DNA of 63,719 nucleotides, filler included, from a bacterium (lineage in GTDB: Bacteria > JAMOTN01): NCBI GenBank assembly GCA_027062325.1. It is 3 parts of 3 records of this genome, joined end to end, with 100 filler letters (N's around TTAATTAATTAA, not from the genome) between each part and the next. Parts side by side here need not be neighbours in the genome. Positions count along the whole stretch, not along the records: positions 1 to 27,205 come from JAMOTN010000016.1; 2 more parts are not named here. One strand, written 5' to 3'. Numbering within the stretch: the stretch's first letter is position 1; the number at the start of each line of letters is the position of its first letter. A model generated the notes under the pieces. That model ran no database searches, had not been told where the DNA came from, and saw only the letters and a list, made by a program, of their open reading frames with translations. This document shows positions 1 to 10,033 of this stretch, piece by piece. The translations under genes and the position numbers were made by a program.

Positions 1-392
1 TAATAATTGAAAAGAACAACAGATCATTCGAGTTTTATGTCAAGTCTATAACCCCTTTCAAAAAGAATTACATAGTATCCTTATTCCCTAAAAAAGACAG
101 AAACTTTTGGGAGTTATTGAGAAAATCCAAAGTTTTGTGTGAAATCCCCGAAGAGGAACGTGCAAAAGTTAATCCTTTAAGTCTTCTCATAGGCAGAAAT
201 GTAACCATATTAGATGATTCATCTCAAACAGAAAGCGGTACCCTAAAAGACATAATATTACTTCCAGCCGGATGGTATGCTATTATAAAAACCCAAAATC
301 GCGAAATACTAATACCGTTTGTTGAGGAGTGGTGGGACATATCAACCGATACCATAACCGTTAAGCCTCCAAAAGGATGGGATGAGCTGTGA
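1..392 (+). CDS. rimM: 16S rRNA processing protein RimM, 5'-partial
   Basis: Frame is open from position 3, so the gene starts before the window. C-terminal PRC-barrel motif (EILIPFVEE..D....ITVKPPKG). Overlaps the trmD start. Confidence 0.8.
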   Translation, partial: IIEKNNRSFEFYVKSITPFKKNYIVSLFPKKDRNFWELLRKSKVLCEIPEEERAKVNPLSLLIGRNVTILDDSSQTESGTLKDIILLPAGWYAIIKTQNREILIPFVEEWWDISTDTITVKPPKGWDEL

Positions 393-1210
393 CTCTTAAC
401 AAAGAGCTACCAGATCCTCGCATTTTTTTTTACGTAATAACCTTATTCCCCGAATTCATAGAGAAGTACTTTGAGTTTGGAGTGTTAGGACGTGGACATA
501 GTGAAGGCTATTTTAGAGTTAAGGCAATAAACTTACGCGAGTTCGGAGTTGGACGTTCCCGGGAAGTTGACGATTACCCTTTTGGTGGGGGCGGTGGAAT
601 GATTTTGAAACCGGAGCCAATCGCTGCAGCTATAAGATCAATAGATGGGTGGAACCAGGGAGATTCTGTAATCCTTGTAACTTCAGCTGCTGGCCGTCAA
701 TTTGATCAAAGTTTTGCCCATGAGCTTCTGAATTATAACAGAGTAATAATAGTAAGTGGACGTTATGAAGGAATAGATGAGAGAATAATAGAAATTTTCA
801 AAGCCAAAGAGGTATCTATTGGCCCCTACACATTAAGTAGCGGAGATATTCCAGCTCTTGCAGTAATTGACGCAACAGCGCGCCTCATCGAAGGAGTAGT
901 CGGCAACTACAATACAGTAGTTGATGATTCCCATGAGACAGAGTTATTAGGTTTTCCGCACTACACGCGCCCTGTTGAATTCGAGGGGGTGAAAATTCCG
1001 GAAATTTTAAGAAGCGGTAACCACAAATTCATCACTCTTTGGAGAAAAGCAAAATCACTTTTGAAAACTTGGAACAATAAACCAAACTTTACTCCTTCTT
1101 TCGAGTGCAAAAAACTCATAAAGCAAATCCTATCTACAAAAGAAGTATGCTATTATCTAACCGAGTCAGAGATAAAAATACTAAAGAAAATGCTGAATGA
1201 AAATAAATAG
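389..1210 (+). CDS. trmD: tRNA (guanine37-N1)-methyltransferase
   Basis: ITLFPE, VDDYPFGGGGGMILKPEP, GRYEGIDER, EVSIG, PHYTRP, SGNH motifs. Confidence 0.97.
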   Translation: MTLNKELPDPRIFFYVITLFPEFIEKYFEFGVLGRGHSEGYFRVKAINLREFGVGRSREVDDYPFGGGGGMILKPEPIAAAIRSIDGWNQGDSVILVTSAAGRQFDQSFAHELLNYNRVIIVSGRYEGIDERIIEIFKAKEVSIGPYTLSSGDIPALAVIDATARLIEGVVGNYNTVVDDSHETELLGFPHYTRPVEFEGVKIPEILRSGNHKFITLWRKAKSLLKTWNNKPNFTPSFECKKLIKQILSTKEVCYYLTESEIKILKKMLNENK

Positions 1211-1228
1211 AGGAGGCCAAACAACAAG

Positions 1229-1831
1229 ATGGTTTCAAATCCAACTAAAAAATCATCCAAGAGTTCACTCAATCAGAAGAAACCTTTATTCGCCATAGCC
1301 CTTCTTCACTATCCTGTTTACAATAAAAATCACGATGTTACCGCAAGTGCTATCACATTACTTGACATACACGACTCATCTAGAGTTGCAAGAACATACG
1401 ATCTCCCAGCAGTTTTCATAGTAACACCCGTAGAAAGCCAACAGCGCATAGCCAAACGCACTCTCGGCTACTGGACAAAAGGATATGGAAAAATTTACAA
1501 CCCGGACAGGCATGAAGCTCTAAGTCTGGTACATGTTACTAAAGACTTAAAGGAAGCTCAAAATCTTTTAAAAGAACATTTAGACCTTTCTTATACACCA
1601 CCCATAATTGCAACCTCTGCTAGAAAAGTGGATGGTGCCAACTTCATCACCTTTAACAAGTTAAAAAAAACTGATAAAGTTTTTATTCTAGCCTTTGGAA
1701 CAGCTTGGGGGTTAACAGACGAATTCATACAAACTTGCGACTATCTGCTTGAACCAATCAAATTTGGAGATTACAATCATCTCTCGGTTCGTGCTGCAAT
1801 AGCGATAATCGTTGATCGTTTAAGATCCTAA
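1229..1831 (+). CDS. SPOUT RNA methyltransferase, TM1570/DUF2168-type
   Basis: ALLHYPVYNK, DIHD..R.ARTY, ATSAR, FGTAWGL, LEPI...YNHLSVRAAIAIIVDRL; next to trmD as usual for this family. Confidence 0.9.
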   Translation: MVSNPTKKSSKSSLNQKKPLFAIALLHYPVYNKNHDVTASAITLLDIHDSSRVARTYDLPAVFIVTPVESQQRIAKRTLGYWTKGYGKIYNPDRHEALSLVHVTKDLKEAQNLLKEHLDLSYTPPIIATSARKVDGANFITFNKLKKTDKVFILAFGTAWGLTDEFIQTCDYLLEPIKFGDYNHLSVRAAIAIIVDRLRS

Positions 1832-1848
1832 ATGCTATCCAACCAACC

Positions 1849-1878
1849 TTGACAATGTAAGCTCTCTGCTTTTAAACT
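1849..1878 (+). promoter_or_regulatory. Putative sigma70 promoter for rplS
   Basis: TTGACA (1849-1854), 18-nt spacer, TAAACT (1873-1878), intergenic. Confidence 0.5.
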
Positions 1879-1947
1879 TTTATTGCGTGGGTATTTGTTG
1901 CTCTTTTTACAGATAAGGTCACTACATTATTTATTCACTTTAAAGGA

Positions 1948-2376
1948 GTGAGGGAGATGGATCACAGAATAAAAGAGATAGTAGAGAAAGAGTATTACAG
2001 AAATGATCATCCAGAGTTTGGTCCTGGTGACACCATTGTTGTTGGTTACAAAGTTATAGAAGGAGACAAAGAGAGAGTTCAGGAATTCGAAGGAGTTGTT
2101 ATTTCAAAACGCGGTGGAAAAGGTACAGAGGCAACCTTCACTGTGCGTAAAATCTCTCACGGTGTTGGAGTTGAAAGAATATTCCCGTATCACTCTCCGC
2201 GCATTGCTTACATAAAAGTCAAGCGCTACGGTAAAGTAAGACGTGCAAAGCTCTACTACTTGCGCGGAAGGAGCTTGAAAGAAGCAAGAATCAAAGAGCA
2301 CGTAAAAAAGATGCTGGAGCTGCACAAACGTTTGAGAGAAGAGAAAAAGCAGCGTAAAGCTAAAAAGAACAAGTAA
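1948..2376 (+). CDS. rplS: 50S ribosomal protein L19
   Basis: [52 protein letters not shown] at 1957 is an alternative start. Confidence 0.98.
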   Translation: MREMDHRIKEIVEKEYYRNDHPEFGPGDTIVVGYKVIEGDKERVQEFEGVVISKRGGKGTEATFTVRKISHGVGVERIFPYHSPRIAYIKVKRYGKVRRAKLYYLRGRSLKEARIKEHVKKMLELHKRLREEKKQRKAKKNK

Positions 2377-2393
2377 TCAGGTGAGCAGCAAAG

Positions 2394-3122
2394 TTGAGCT
2401 TCAATAAAAAAAAGGTAGTTGATAAAATTTCAACAGAGTTAAGAAAGGCTGATTGGGCACTCTTGCTAGTAGATGCAAGGGTGCCTTTTTCTTCATTCTC
2501 TAAAAAGTTTATGCGCATATTTTTTCCTTCCAAAACTGTGATTGTTTTTTCAAAAGTTGATCTAATTTCATCTTCTTCTCTTGCACCTTTCAAAAATTTC
2601 TTCTCAGAGCTTGGTTTCAAAAAATTCTTCAAATTATCGCTCAAAACTCACTCAAAAGTCATATTAAACTTTTTAAACTCTCTTCCCAGTAAATCATTTT
2701 TTAAAAAAATAAGTGTAATAGGCGTCCCAAACGTCGGAAAATCCACACTGCTTTCAAAACTTACCAACTTATCATTCGAGCGTGGAAATTCGCCGGGAGT
2801 CACAAAGGCTATCCGCTGGATCCGATTTAAAAAATTCATATTAGCCGATTCTCCAGGAGTTCTCGTTCCAGATATAGAGTCGGAAGAGCAGCTTTACAAA
2901 TTGACATGCTGTAAAATAGTTAATCCTTCATTTGAAATAAAAGAAAAGGCTGCTAACTGGCTAGCAAAATTTCTGGGCACAACTCTTGAGGAGTACGCAC
3001 TTTCTAAGAATCTAATCAAAAGTGGCAATACACCTGATGTAAATGCCGCTTGCCTTAAAATAATAGAGGAGTTTTCAAGCGGAAAGATAAAAGGGGTGAT
3101 CTTAGATCGAATTCCAAATTAA
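2394..3122 (+). CDS. rbgA: Circularly permuted ribosome biogenesis GTPase RbgA/YlqF
   Basis: DARVP, G4-like SKVD preceding G1 GVPNVGKST, PGVT, G3 DSPG; follows rplS. Confidence 0.85.
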   Translation: MSFNKKKVVDKISTELRKADWALLLVDARVPFSSFSKKFMRIFFPSKTVIVFSKVDLISSSSLAPFKNFFSELGFKKFFKLSLKTHSKVILNFLNSLPSKSFFKKISVIGVPNVGKSTLLSKLTNLSFERGNSPGVTKAIRWIRFKKFILADSPGVLVPDIESEEQLYKLTCCKIVNPSFEIKEKAANWLAKFLGTTLEEYALSKNLIKSGNTPDVNAACLKIIEEFSSGKIKGVILDRIPN

Positions 3123-3141
3123 AAAGCTTGCAAGTGGAGTA

Positions 3142-4086
3142 TTGATAACATTTTTCTCAAATTCAGACTTTTTAAAACTTGCCGGCCCTAATAACTCAGA
3201 GTTGGACGAGTTTGAGAAGTTATTTGGGGTGAAGTTCTCAACTCGGGGGCTTACAATACTTGTTCAAGGTAAAGAAGACAACGTCCAATCCTTCTTAAAA
3301 AGTCTAGAAAAATTTGGCAAAGATCCAGAGCTTTCTATACAAGACATCAAAAACGGCGTATCTGGTAAATACAAATTCTACACATACACAGGAAAATGCA
3401 TAACTCCAAAAACACCGAACCAAGAAACGTACATAGAAAAGATACTATCACATCAATTGACCTTCGGAGTAGGTCCTGCAGGAACAGGAAAGACTTTTCT
3501 TGCAGTAGCATTAGCTGTCAAGCTCTTTCAAGAAAAAAACGTTGATAGAATAGTCGTAACGCGCCCTGTTGTGGAAGCTGGGGAACACCTAGGATTTTTA
3601 CCCGGAGAGATACACGAAAAAGTGGATCCGTATTTACGCCCCATTTACGACTCCCTACAAGAGTTCATAGGAAAACAAAAGATGGAAAAACTAATAGAAG
3701 CTGGACTAATAGAGATAGCCCCTCTTGCATACATGCGAGGACGGACACTTTCTAACTCATTTGTAATCCTTGATGAAGCTCAAAATACGACTCCTATTCA
3801 GATGAAGATGTTTCTTACAAGAATTGGTCAGAACTCTAAAGTAGTTGTCACAGGAGACATAACCCAAGCAGATATTGGTTCAGAAAATGGTTTAAAAGAA
3901 GCATTACGCGTACTTCGTTCAATATCAGAGATTGCCTTCGTATTCTTCTCTAAAGACGATGTGGTTCGTGAAAAGCTCGTTGAAAAGATAATTGAAGCAT
4001 ATTCTAAATCCACACGTAAAGCTGCCAAAAACCAAAGGATACACAACCGTCCTACACTTAATTCCAGAATTAAACCAAGGAGGTAA
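3142..4086 (+). CDS. phoH: PhoH-family ATPase
   Basis: GPAGTGKT, RPVVEAGEHLGFLPG, YMRGRTL, LDEAQN, GDITQ. Confidence 0.95.
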   Translation: MITFFSNSDFLKLAGPNNSELDEFEKLFGVKFSTRGLTILVQGKEDNVQSFLKSLEKFGKDPELSIQDIKNGVSGKYKFYTYTGKCITPKTPNQETYIEKILSHQLTFGVGPAGTGKTFLAVALAVKLFQEKNVDRIVVTRPVVEAGEHLGFLPGEIHEKVDPYLRPIYDSLQEFIGKQKMEKLIEAGLIEIAPLAYMRGRTLSNSFVILDEAQNTTPIQMKMFLTRIGQNSKVVVTGDITQADIGSENGLKEALRVLRSISEIAFVFFSKDDVVREKLVEKIIEAYSKSTRKAAKNQRIHNRPTLNSRIKPRR

Positions 4087-4088
4087 AT

Positions 4089-5504
4089 ATGGCTGCTGTA
4101 AGACAGATACTGTATCTTATACTAACAATTGCACTTTGGGGGGTGCTAAAATTCTACACGGCTAAGCCTTCTGAAATTTCCCGCTTCGATATAATAGCCC
4201 CTCAAGATTTAGAATTTTCTATAAACATAGCATCTAAGGAGGTATTCTTCTCTTACAAAAAAGGTGAAGTAATAGTTAGAAAAGGAGAGGTAATATCACC
4301 GCCGCAACAAAAAGCTTTAGAAAAACTCGGCATTTGGAAAACAAATACTATAAAAACAATTTCAATACAAGCAATTTTTCTGATCTTAACAGGAATTGGC
4401 TGTATACTAACTCAAAGAAGTTGGCCATATTTAATTGCGACACTTATTACATTTGATTTGATTTATCAACTGGCATGGCAAATCCCACCACCAATATTTT
4501 TCCCATTTATTGCTCTTTTAAAAACTGAAAAAAATTTGTGGGCTCCGGGAATAATATCCTCTTATGCCTGGCTACAACTGACCACTTTTTCAATTCAAGC
4601 AGAAGTTAGTATATGGCTTCTCATCCTTTTTTTTCTAATTGAAAAATTATCTGAGGTAGTTGCTATAACACTTGCGACCATTGTGGTTATACCTTTAATT
4701 TCAGTATTCGGCATAGCATCTGCCCAAAATACTATAAGCATTATATTGACAAGCTGGGCAACAGCAGAATTATTTAAAAACACAGTAGGCAAGCTTTTAT
4801 ACAAGAGTACAACCGAAATTTACTCCTCTTTCGCCAAAATAGATCATCCCCTACTTCAAGCTTTTTCTCAAAAAGCTCCTGGTAGCTGGCAACATTCCAT
4901 AAACGTTGCATTTCTAGCAGAAAGGGTGGCTCATGTCGTTGGAGCAGATCCTGTGATATGTAGAGTAGGAGCTTTATATCACGATATAGGAAAGATGAAA
5001 CGTCCCATTTTCTTCATAGAAAATCAACCACCCGATTCCGAGAACCCAACTGAAAAACTCTCTCCATCAATGGCAGCCAAGGTTATAATATCGCATGTAA
5101 AAGATGGAATAATAATTTCAAGAGAACACGCGCTTCCATCAAAAATCATTGATATAATACGTGAACACCACGGAACAACACTGCTTTCAGAATTTTACAA
5201 ACGCGCTAAAGAACAAAACCCTTCTATAGATGAACAGGAATTTAGGTATCCCGGTCCAATTCCTCAATCAAAAGAGTCGGCAATTGTGATGATATGCGAC
5301 TCCGTAGAAGCCGCAATTAAATCTCAAGAGGATACCTTGTCCCGTGAAGACTTACCAGATTTAATCTCGCGCGTAATAAATGCAAAGAAGAATACTAATC
5401 AATTGCTGGATTGTGGTCTATCAACTTCCGAATTAAAAATTATAGAGAGAGAGTTAATCTCATTGACAGCTGGAATGATTCAAAAACGCAAGAAGGTGGG
5501 ATAG
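4089..5504 (+). CDS. 7TM-HD (HDIG) phosphohydrolase, PgpH-like
   Basis: Several TM segments, then APGSWQHS, YHDIGK, FFIENQ, HHGTT, FRYPGP.PQSKE, DSVEAA; phoH-HD-ybeY synteny. Confidence 0.88.
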   Translation: MAAVRQILYLILTIALWGVLKFYTAKPSEISRFDIIAPQDLEFSINIASKEVFFSYKKGEVIVRKGEVISPPQQKALEKLGIWKTNTIKTISIQAIFLILTGIGCILTQRSWPYLIATLITFDLIYQLAWQIPPPIFFPFIALLKTEKNLWAPGIISSYAWLQLTTFSIQAEVSIWLLILFFLIEKLSEVVAITLATIVVIPLISVFGIASAQNTISIILTSWATAELFKNTVGKLLYKSTTEIYSSFAKIDHPLLQAFSQKAPGSWQHSINVAFLAERVAHVVGADPVICRVGALYHDIGKMKRPIFFIENQPPDSENPTEKLSPSMAAKVIISHVKDGIIISREHALPSKIIDIIREHHGTTLLSEFYKRAKEQNPSIDEQEFRYPGPIPQSKESAIVMICDSVEAAIKSQEDTLSREDLPDLISRVINAKKNTNQLLDCGLSTSELKIIERELISLTAGMIQKRKKVG

Positions 5505-5966
5505 ATGGAAGAATCTTCTGAAAAAATTGCCAGAAATCTTGCAAACTACGCGTACAAAATTTTAGAATTCATACTTGTAAACAATCTAAATAAAAGGGAA
5601 CTTTCTAAAGATTGGGAAATTGAAATCGAATTGATTGATCAAGATTATTCCAGCCATCTCAATGAAACTTATAAAGGTCGCCAAGGCCCTGCTTCAATCT
5701 TAACATTCGATCTCTCTGATGAATTTTCAAATGTTACATCAATTGCACTTTGTCCAAGTTACATAGAAAACTCCATTAAAAACGAGCAAATTCCTGAAAA
5801 CGAACTCTGGGATTTGAAAGATGAATTGTATTGGTTAGTCACACACGCTGTTTTACACATAGCTGGCTATTCACACTCCACCGAAGATGCTTGGATAGAA
5901 ATGATAGAACTTCAAAAGAAAATTATGAAGGAGGTTTACGGTAAAACAAAATGGTGGGTGAAATAA
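5505..5966 (+). CDS. ybeY: rRNA maturation endoribonuclease YbeY
   Basis: HAVLHIAGYSH zinc motif, LN.TY.G, synteny. Confidence 0.85.
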   Translation: MEESSEKIARNLANYAYKILEFILVNNLNKRELSKDWEIEIELIDQDYSSHLNETYKGRQGPASILTFDLSDEFSNVTSIALCPSYIENSIKNEQIPENELWDLKDELYWLVTHAVLHIAGYSHSTEDAWIEMIELQKKIMKEVYGKTKWWVK

Positions 5967-7213
5967 TAGCATGTCTAATTTTTCTTCTATTATCTGCTAC
6001 ATTCTCTGCAACAGAAACAGCCGTGTTTGCAATTGACAAAACCAAACTAAAAGCGTGGAGGAATAAAAGCGACGCCCGTAAGTTAGTTGCCACAGTATTA
6101 GATGATCCTACTTCCTTTTTAGTAACAATCATCATTGGAAACACAGTTGTAAACGTCATGTTCAGCTCTCTCTTCACAGTATTAATCCTAAAACTTGCAC
6201 GCCTTTACTCAATCCCTGATGCCACTGCTCTTTCTATCTCTTTTGTGTTATCAACATTTTTGCTCCTCGTAACAGGTGAAATAACTCCAAAATCTCTTGC
6301 ACTCTCAAAACCAGAATTTTGGGCAAGGAAGCTCATATACATTATGAAAGCATTTGAATTTATCTTTAAAAAAGTTCTATTTATACATCAATTGATATTA
6401 ATTGTTACACAACGAATAAGTTTAGCTTTAGGAGCATCTTTTGAAGAAGACAAGCACATAATGAGCGAAGAAGAGATAGAGGAAGCTCTTGACTCAATAT
6501 ACTCAGAAAGCGGCTTTTCAGAAGCTAAACTTATCAAAAATCTCATTCTCCTGCGTGAAATAACAGTAAAGGAAATAATGATACCTAGAACAGAGGTAGT
6601 ATCAATATCAGAAGAAGCAACCATAAAAGAAGCAATAGAAAAGATGAAAGAGACAAAACACTCCAAACTTCCGGTGTACAAAGGTAAAACTCTCGATAAC
6701 ATTAGTGGTATCCTTTACGCTAAGGATATATACATACTAACGGGCAAACAATTGGAGGAAAAAGTAAAATCATTTACCAGAACCCCTCTATTTGTCCATG
6801 AAACCCGCACTGTCGAAGGTCTTCTCGAAGACTTTAAAAAACATAAAGTTCAAATTGCAATCGTTGTTGATGAGTATGGAGGCATCGAAGGACTCGTTTC
6901 AATCGAAGATGTATTTAGAGAAATCCTTGGGGAGATAAGCGATGAGTATTACCAAACAAAGACTCTCATCACTCAGGAAGGTGACACAATTATATGCGAT
7001 GCAAAAGTGCAAATTGAAGACGTTGAAAATTTCATTAAGAGAAAAATTGCCCCAGATGACAGGGAGTACGAAACACTCGCTGGCTTTATCATGTCACTTG
7101 CAGGTAGAATCCCACAAGAAGGTGAGGAGTTTAAAGTTGATGACGTAATAATAAAAGTGGAAGAAGCAAACGGCAAAACTATCAAGAAAGTTTCCATAAA
7201 ATTTGTAGAGTAA
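5951..7213 (+). CDS. CNNM/DUF21-CBS-CorC transporter (hemolysin family)
   Basis: FSATETA, GEITPK, IMIPR, VDEYGG, YETLAG..GRIP. Confidence 0.93.
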   Translation: MVGEIIACLIFLLLSATFSATETAVFAIDKTKLKAWRNKSDARKLVATVLDDPTSFLVTIIIGNTVVNVMFSSLFTVLILKLARLYSIPDATALSISFVLSTFLLLVTGEITPKSLALSKPEFWARKLIYIMKAFEFIFKKVLFIHQLILIVTQRISLALGASFEEDKHIMSEEEIEEALDSIYSESGFSEAKLIKNLILLREITVKEIMIPRTEVVSISEEATIKEAIEKMKETKHSKLPVYKGKTLDNISGILYAKDIYILTGKQLEEKVKSFTRTPLFVHETRTVEGLLEDFKKHKVQIAIVVDEYGGIEGLVSIEDVFREILGEISDEYYQTKTLITQEGDTIICDAKVQIEDVENFIKRKIAPDDREYETLAGFIMSLAGRIPQEGEEFKVDDVIIKVEEANGKTIKKVSIKFVE

Positions 7214-7230
7214 AGGAGGAGGAATCTTTC

Positions 7231-8493
7231 GTGGACATAGTCCTAATACTCGTGGCGCTGGTTATATCTATGTCTCTTCAAGCACTATTCGCAGGTCTTG
7301 AAACAGCTTTCATATCCATCTCTCATCAAAAAATGAAAAAACTCTTTCCAAAAGTTTATAATTATAAATTTTACAAGTACATAACAGAGCATCCAACAGA
7401 ATTTATATCAGCAGTTTTGATAGCCACAAATGCTTTTATCGTATTAAGTTCTACCTTAGCAACTCTTCTCTTTTTCAGATTAGCACAAAACGAAGACTTG
7501 GCTTCAATTCTCTCTGCGCTAATCGTATCGCCAATAATGATAATTTTCTGTGAAATAACTCCAAAAGCAGTCATGCGTAGCAACCCAGAGTTATTTCTAG
7601 TAAAGTACCTAGGAATCGCAGAAAATTCATTTATCTTATTAAAACCCATCGTTAAGATATTTTCATGGATCAATTCTCTCATTCAACCAAGCGACAAACA
7701 TGATCCAATCCAAACAAAGACTGAAATTATTGATCTTTTAAAAGGATCTGATATTCTAAAAAAAGCTAAAACTGCCAAATGGATAAATAACGCTCTAGAA
7801 TTTTCCGAGAAGACCGTGAAAGAGGTAATGACCCCTCGTGTGCAAGTAAAAGCGTTAGAAGTTACAACTCCCATTAACGAAGCAAAGCAGACAATGTACA
7901 AATGGGGATATTCACGTGTTCCAGTTTACAAAGATAGATTCGACAATGTTGTTGGAATAGTTTACGTTTTAGACTTCATATATAAATCTCCATCTTCTTT
8001 AGAAGAAATTGCACGTGAACCACTGTTTATTCCTGAAGTTACCACTCTTGACAAAGCCTTTGAAGTTATGAGAAAGAGCAAGCAAAGACTTGCCGTAGCT
8101 GTTGATGAATTTGGAGGACTAGCTGGCGTCATATCAATTGAAGATATAGCAGAAGAAATTGTTGGAGATATAACCGATGAATTTGAAAAGGATGGGCAAA
8201 GCTGGGAAGAGTTGTCTCCCGGAGTATTTTTAGTCGAAGCTGACACAGATTTAGATGATTTAGCAGAATTAGTGGGAGAGGAGATAATTTTACAAGAAAT
8301 AAGCGAAGAAGCCGACGATGTATTCACAATTGGTGGCTTGATCATCTCAAAACTTGGCGAAATTCCACAACCGGGTAAAAAATTGAAAATTGGTAATTTA
8401 ACATTCATAGTGGAAGAGAGCGATGGTAAAAAGCTAAACAAAGTGGTGGTTGCAGTTGAGAAATCAACTAAACGTCGCACCAAGGTAAAGTAA
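7231..8493 (+). CDS. Second CNNM/DUF21-CBS-CorC transporter
   Basis: FAGLETA, EITPK, VMTPR, YSRVPVY, VDEFGG, TIGG. Confidence 0.93.
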   Translation: MDIVLILVALVISMSLQALFAGLETAFISISHQKMKKLFPKVYNYKFYKYITEHPTEFISAVLIATNAFIVLSSTLATLLFFRLAQNEDLASILSALIVSPIMIIFCEITPKAVMRSNPELFLVKYLGIAENSFILLKPIVKIFSWINSLIQPSDKHDPIQTKTEIIDLLKGSDILKKAKTAKWINNALEFSEKTVKEVMTPRVQVKALEVTTPINEAKQTMYKWGYSRVPVYKDRFDNVVGIVYVLDFIYKSPSSLEEIAREPLFIPEVTTLDKAFEVMRKSKQRLAVAVDEFGGLAGVISIEDIAEEIVGDITDEFEKDGQSWEELSPGVFLVEADTDLDDLAELVGEEIILQEISEEADDVFTIGGLIISKLGEIPQPGKKLKIGNLTFIVEESDGKKLNKVVVAVEKSTKRRTKVK

Positions 8494-8553
8494 ATCAGTA
8501 ATTAATTTTCAAAATTGCTTTATTGTCCGTCGACTTGTTAAAATTGTATTGCT

Positions 8554-9237
8554 ATGAGTTACAAAACTGTTTTATTTAAAGATGTAGTCAAAAACCGATT
8601 TAACCGTTCTTGGAGATGGATTAAAAAGTATTTTTTTGGTGGCATTATAGTATTCGTTCCCATTGCTCTTTCTTTATGGATTTTGATAAAGGCTTTTCAG
8701 TTTTTTGACAATTTTTTAGGAAAGTACATAATGAAAATTCTTGGATTTAAAATTCCAGGACTAGGACTAATTACCACATTTATTCTAATAATAATTGCAG
8801 GATTTATAAAGGAAGGCATTGGAAAAGGTATATTCTCCACTATAGATCAGTTTTTCTCTAACCTTCCCCTAGTGCGTGTTATATATTCCGCTACAAAGCA
8901 AATATTTGAGATGATCCAATCTGGTAAATCAACTCATTTGGGAAAAGTTATGCTCGTTGAGTATCCAAGAAAAGGTTTATGGGCAATAGCATTTATGACC
9001 TCTGAAAAAGCTCCCCTCTCTATAGAAGGAAACATAGGTGAGGACCATGTTGCTCTTTTTCTACCTACAACACCAAATCCAACAAGTGGCTTTCTAATAT
9101 ATGCCAAGAAAAAGGAGATAAAAGAAGTTGATATGACTCCTGAAGACGCAATAAAACTTGTCATATCTGCAGGTGCTTTACACAAAGAGATTGATTCCAA
9201 ACGTAAAGTCACTAGGAGTGATAAAATTGATAGCTAA
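8554..9237 (+). CDS. DUF502 membrane protein
   Basis: IPGLG, LPLVRVIYSATKQ, VEYPRKG, FLPTTPNPTSGFL. Confidence 0.93.
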   Translation: MSYKTVLFKDVVKNRFNRSWRWIKKYFFGGIIVFVPIALSLWILIKAFQFFDNFLGKYIMKILGFKIPGLGLITTFILIIIAGFIKEGIGKGIFSTIDQFFSNLPLVRVIYSATKQIFEMIQSGKSTHLGKVMLVEYPRKGLWAIAFMTSEKAPLSIEGNIGEDHVALFLPTTPNPTSGFLIYAKKKEIKEVDMTPEDAIKLVISAGALHKEIDSKRKVTRSDKIDS

Positions 9238-10033
9238 AGTTGATGACGAAAAACGCATAAATGTATGGTATAACCCTATCCCTGTTCTTTTTTTCACCTC
9301 TCCTGTCACAATAAGCGATCCCACAGCTGTCGAAACCATAGTAACTACATGGAAGAATTACAAAAGTGTTCCTCAAAGCTTTTCAGGAAAAACAGTATTT
9401 TTTATAGCTCGACCACCAGAAGACGAATTTTGGAGTCTCAATCCCTCACAAGTTGTGATAATGTACAAAGATGACGAAAAAACTTTGCAACTCATAAGAA
9501 GAGTTCCCTCTTCTACAAAGTTGATAGTTGAGCTTCAAGTTGTGAATACTGATATTAATCAAGCTCTATTAAAGCTCTCTTCAATTAGAAACTTTATAAC
9601 AGTTGCGTCCCCTCGCTTACCATTAATTTTGGAAGATTTGATATGGATTAGGATTCCACCGAGCGAATTAGAATTCAGCAACAAGTGCAAAATTGACATG
9701 GCAATACCTGCACACAACAGTGAGGTCTGCTCAGCTCCATTTGGAGGACTATACCAAATTGGAATGCATTGGTCGCTATGTCCTTTCAAATTAATTAAAG
9801 TTGGCAACGTTAATGAAGATCCTGTAAAGCTTTGGTTTTCTGATAAATTAGACTCTAAAAGGATAGATGTAATTACAGATAACGAACCTTCTTGTAATAA
9901 TTGCAGATACAAACACTCTTTTGCCGGTATGAAACACGAAGAAGTTGTGCGTTATCTAAAGAGTATAGGGATGGAAAAGTATATAAAATTATTCAATTTT
10001 ATGCTTAGCTCAGGCGGTGAGCATAGTGGCTAA
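9227..10033 (+). CDS. Hypothetical protein with a C-terminal SPASM/twitch-like Fe-S domain
   Basis: C..P....G....C....GNV....W....R....CxxC pattern; no CxxxCxxC. Start placed at TTG 9227 after AGGAG (ORF track start is 9158). Confidence 0.6.
   Translation: MIAKVDDEKRINVWYNPIPVLFFTSPVTISDPTAVETIVTTWKNYKSVPQSFSGKTVFFIARPPEDEFWSLNPSQVVIMYKDDEKTLQLIRRVPSSTKLIVELQVVNTDINQALLKLSSIRNFITVASPRLPLILEDLIWIRIPPSELEFSNKCKIDMAIPAHNSEVCSAPFGGLYQIGMHWSLCPFKLIKVGNVNEDPVKLWFSDKLDSKRIDVITDNEPSCNNCRYKHSFAGMKHEEVVRYLKSIGMEKYIKLFNFMLSSGGEHSG

Noticed and set aside
5951..8493. Tandem 'hemolysin' genes as toxins
   Set aside because: They are CNNM/CorC metal-transport family proteins, and tandem pairs after ybeY are common
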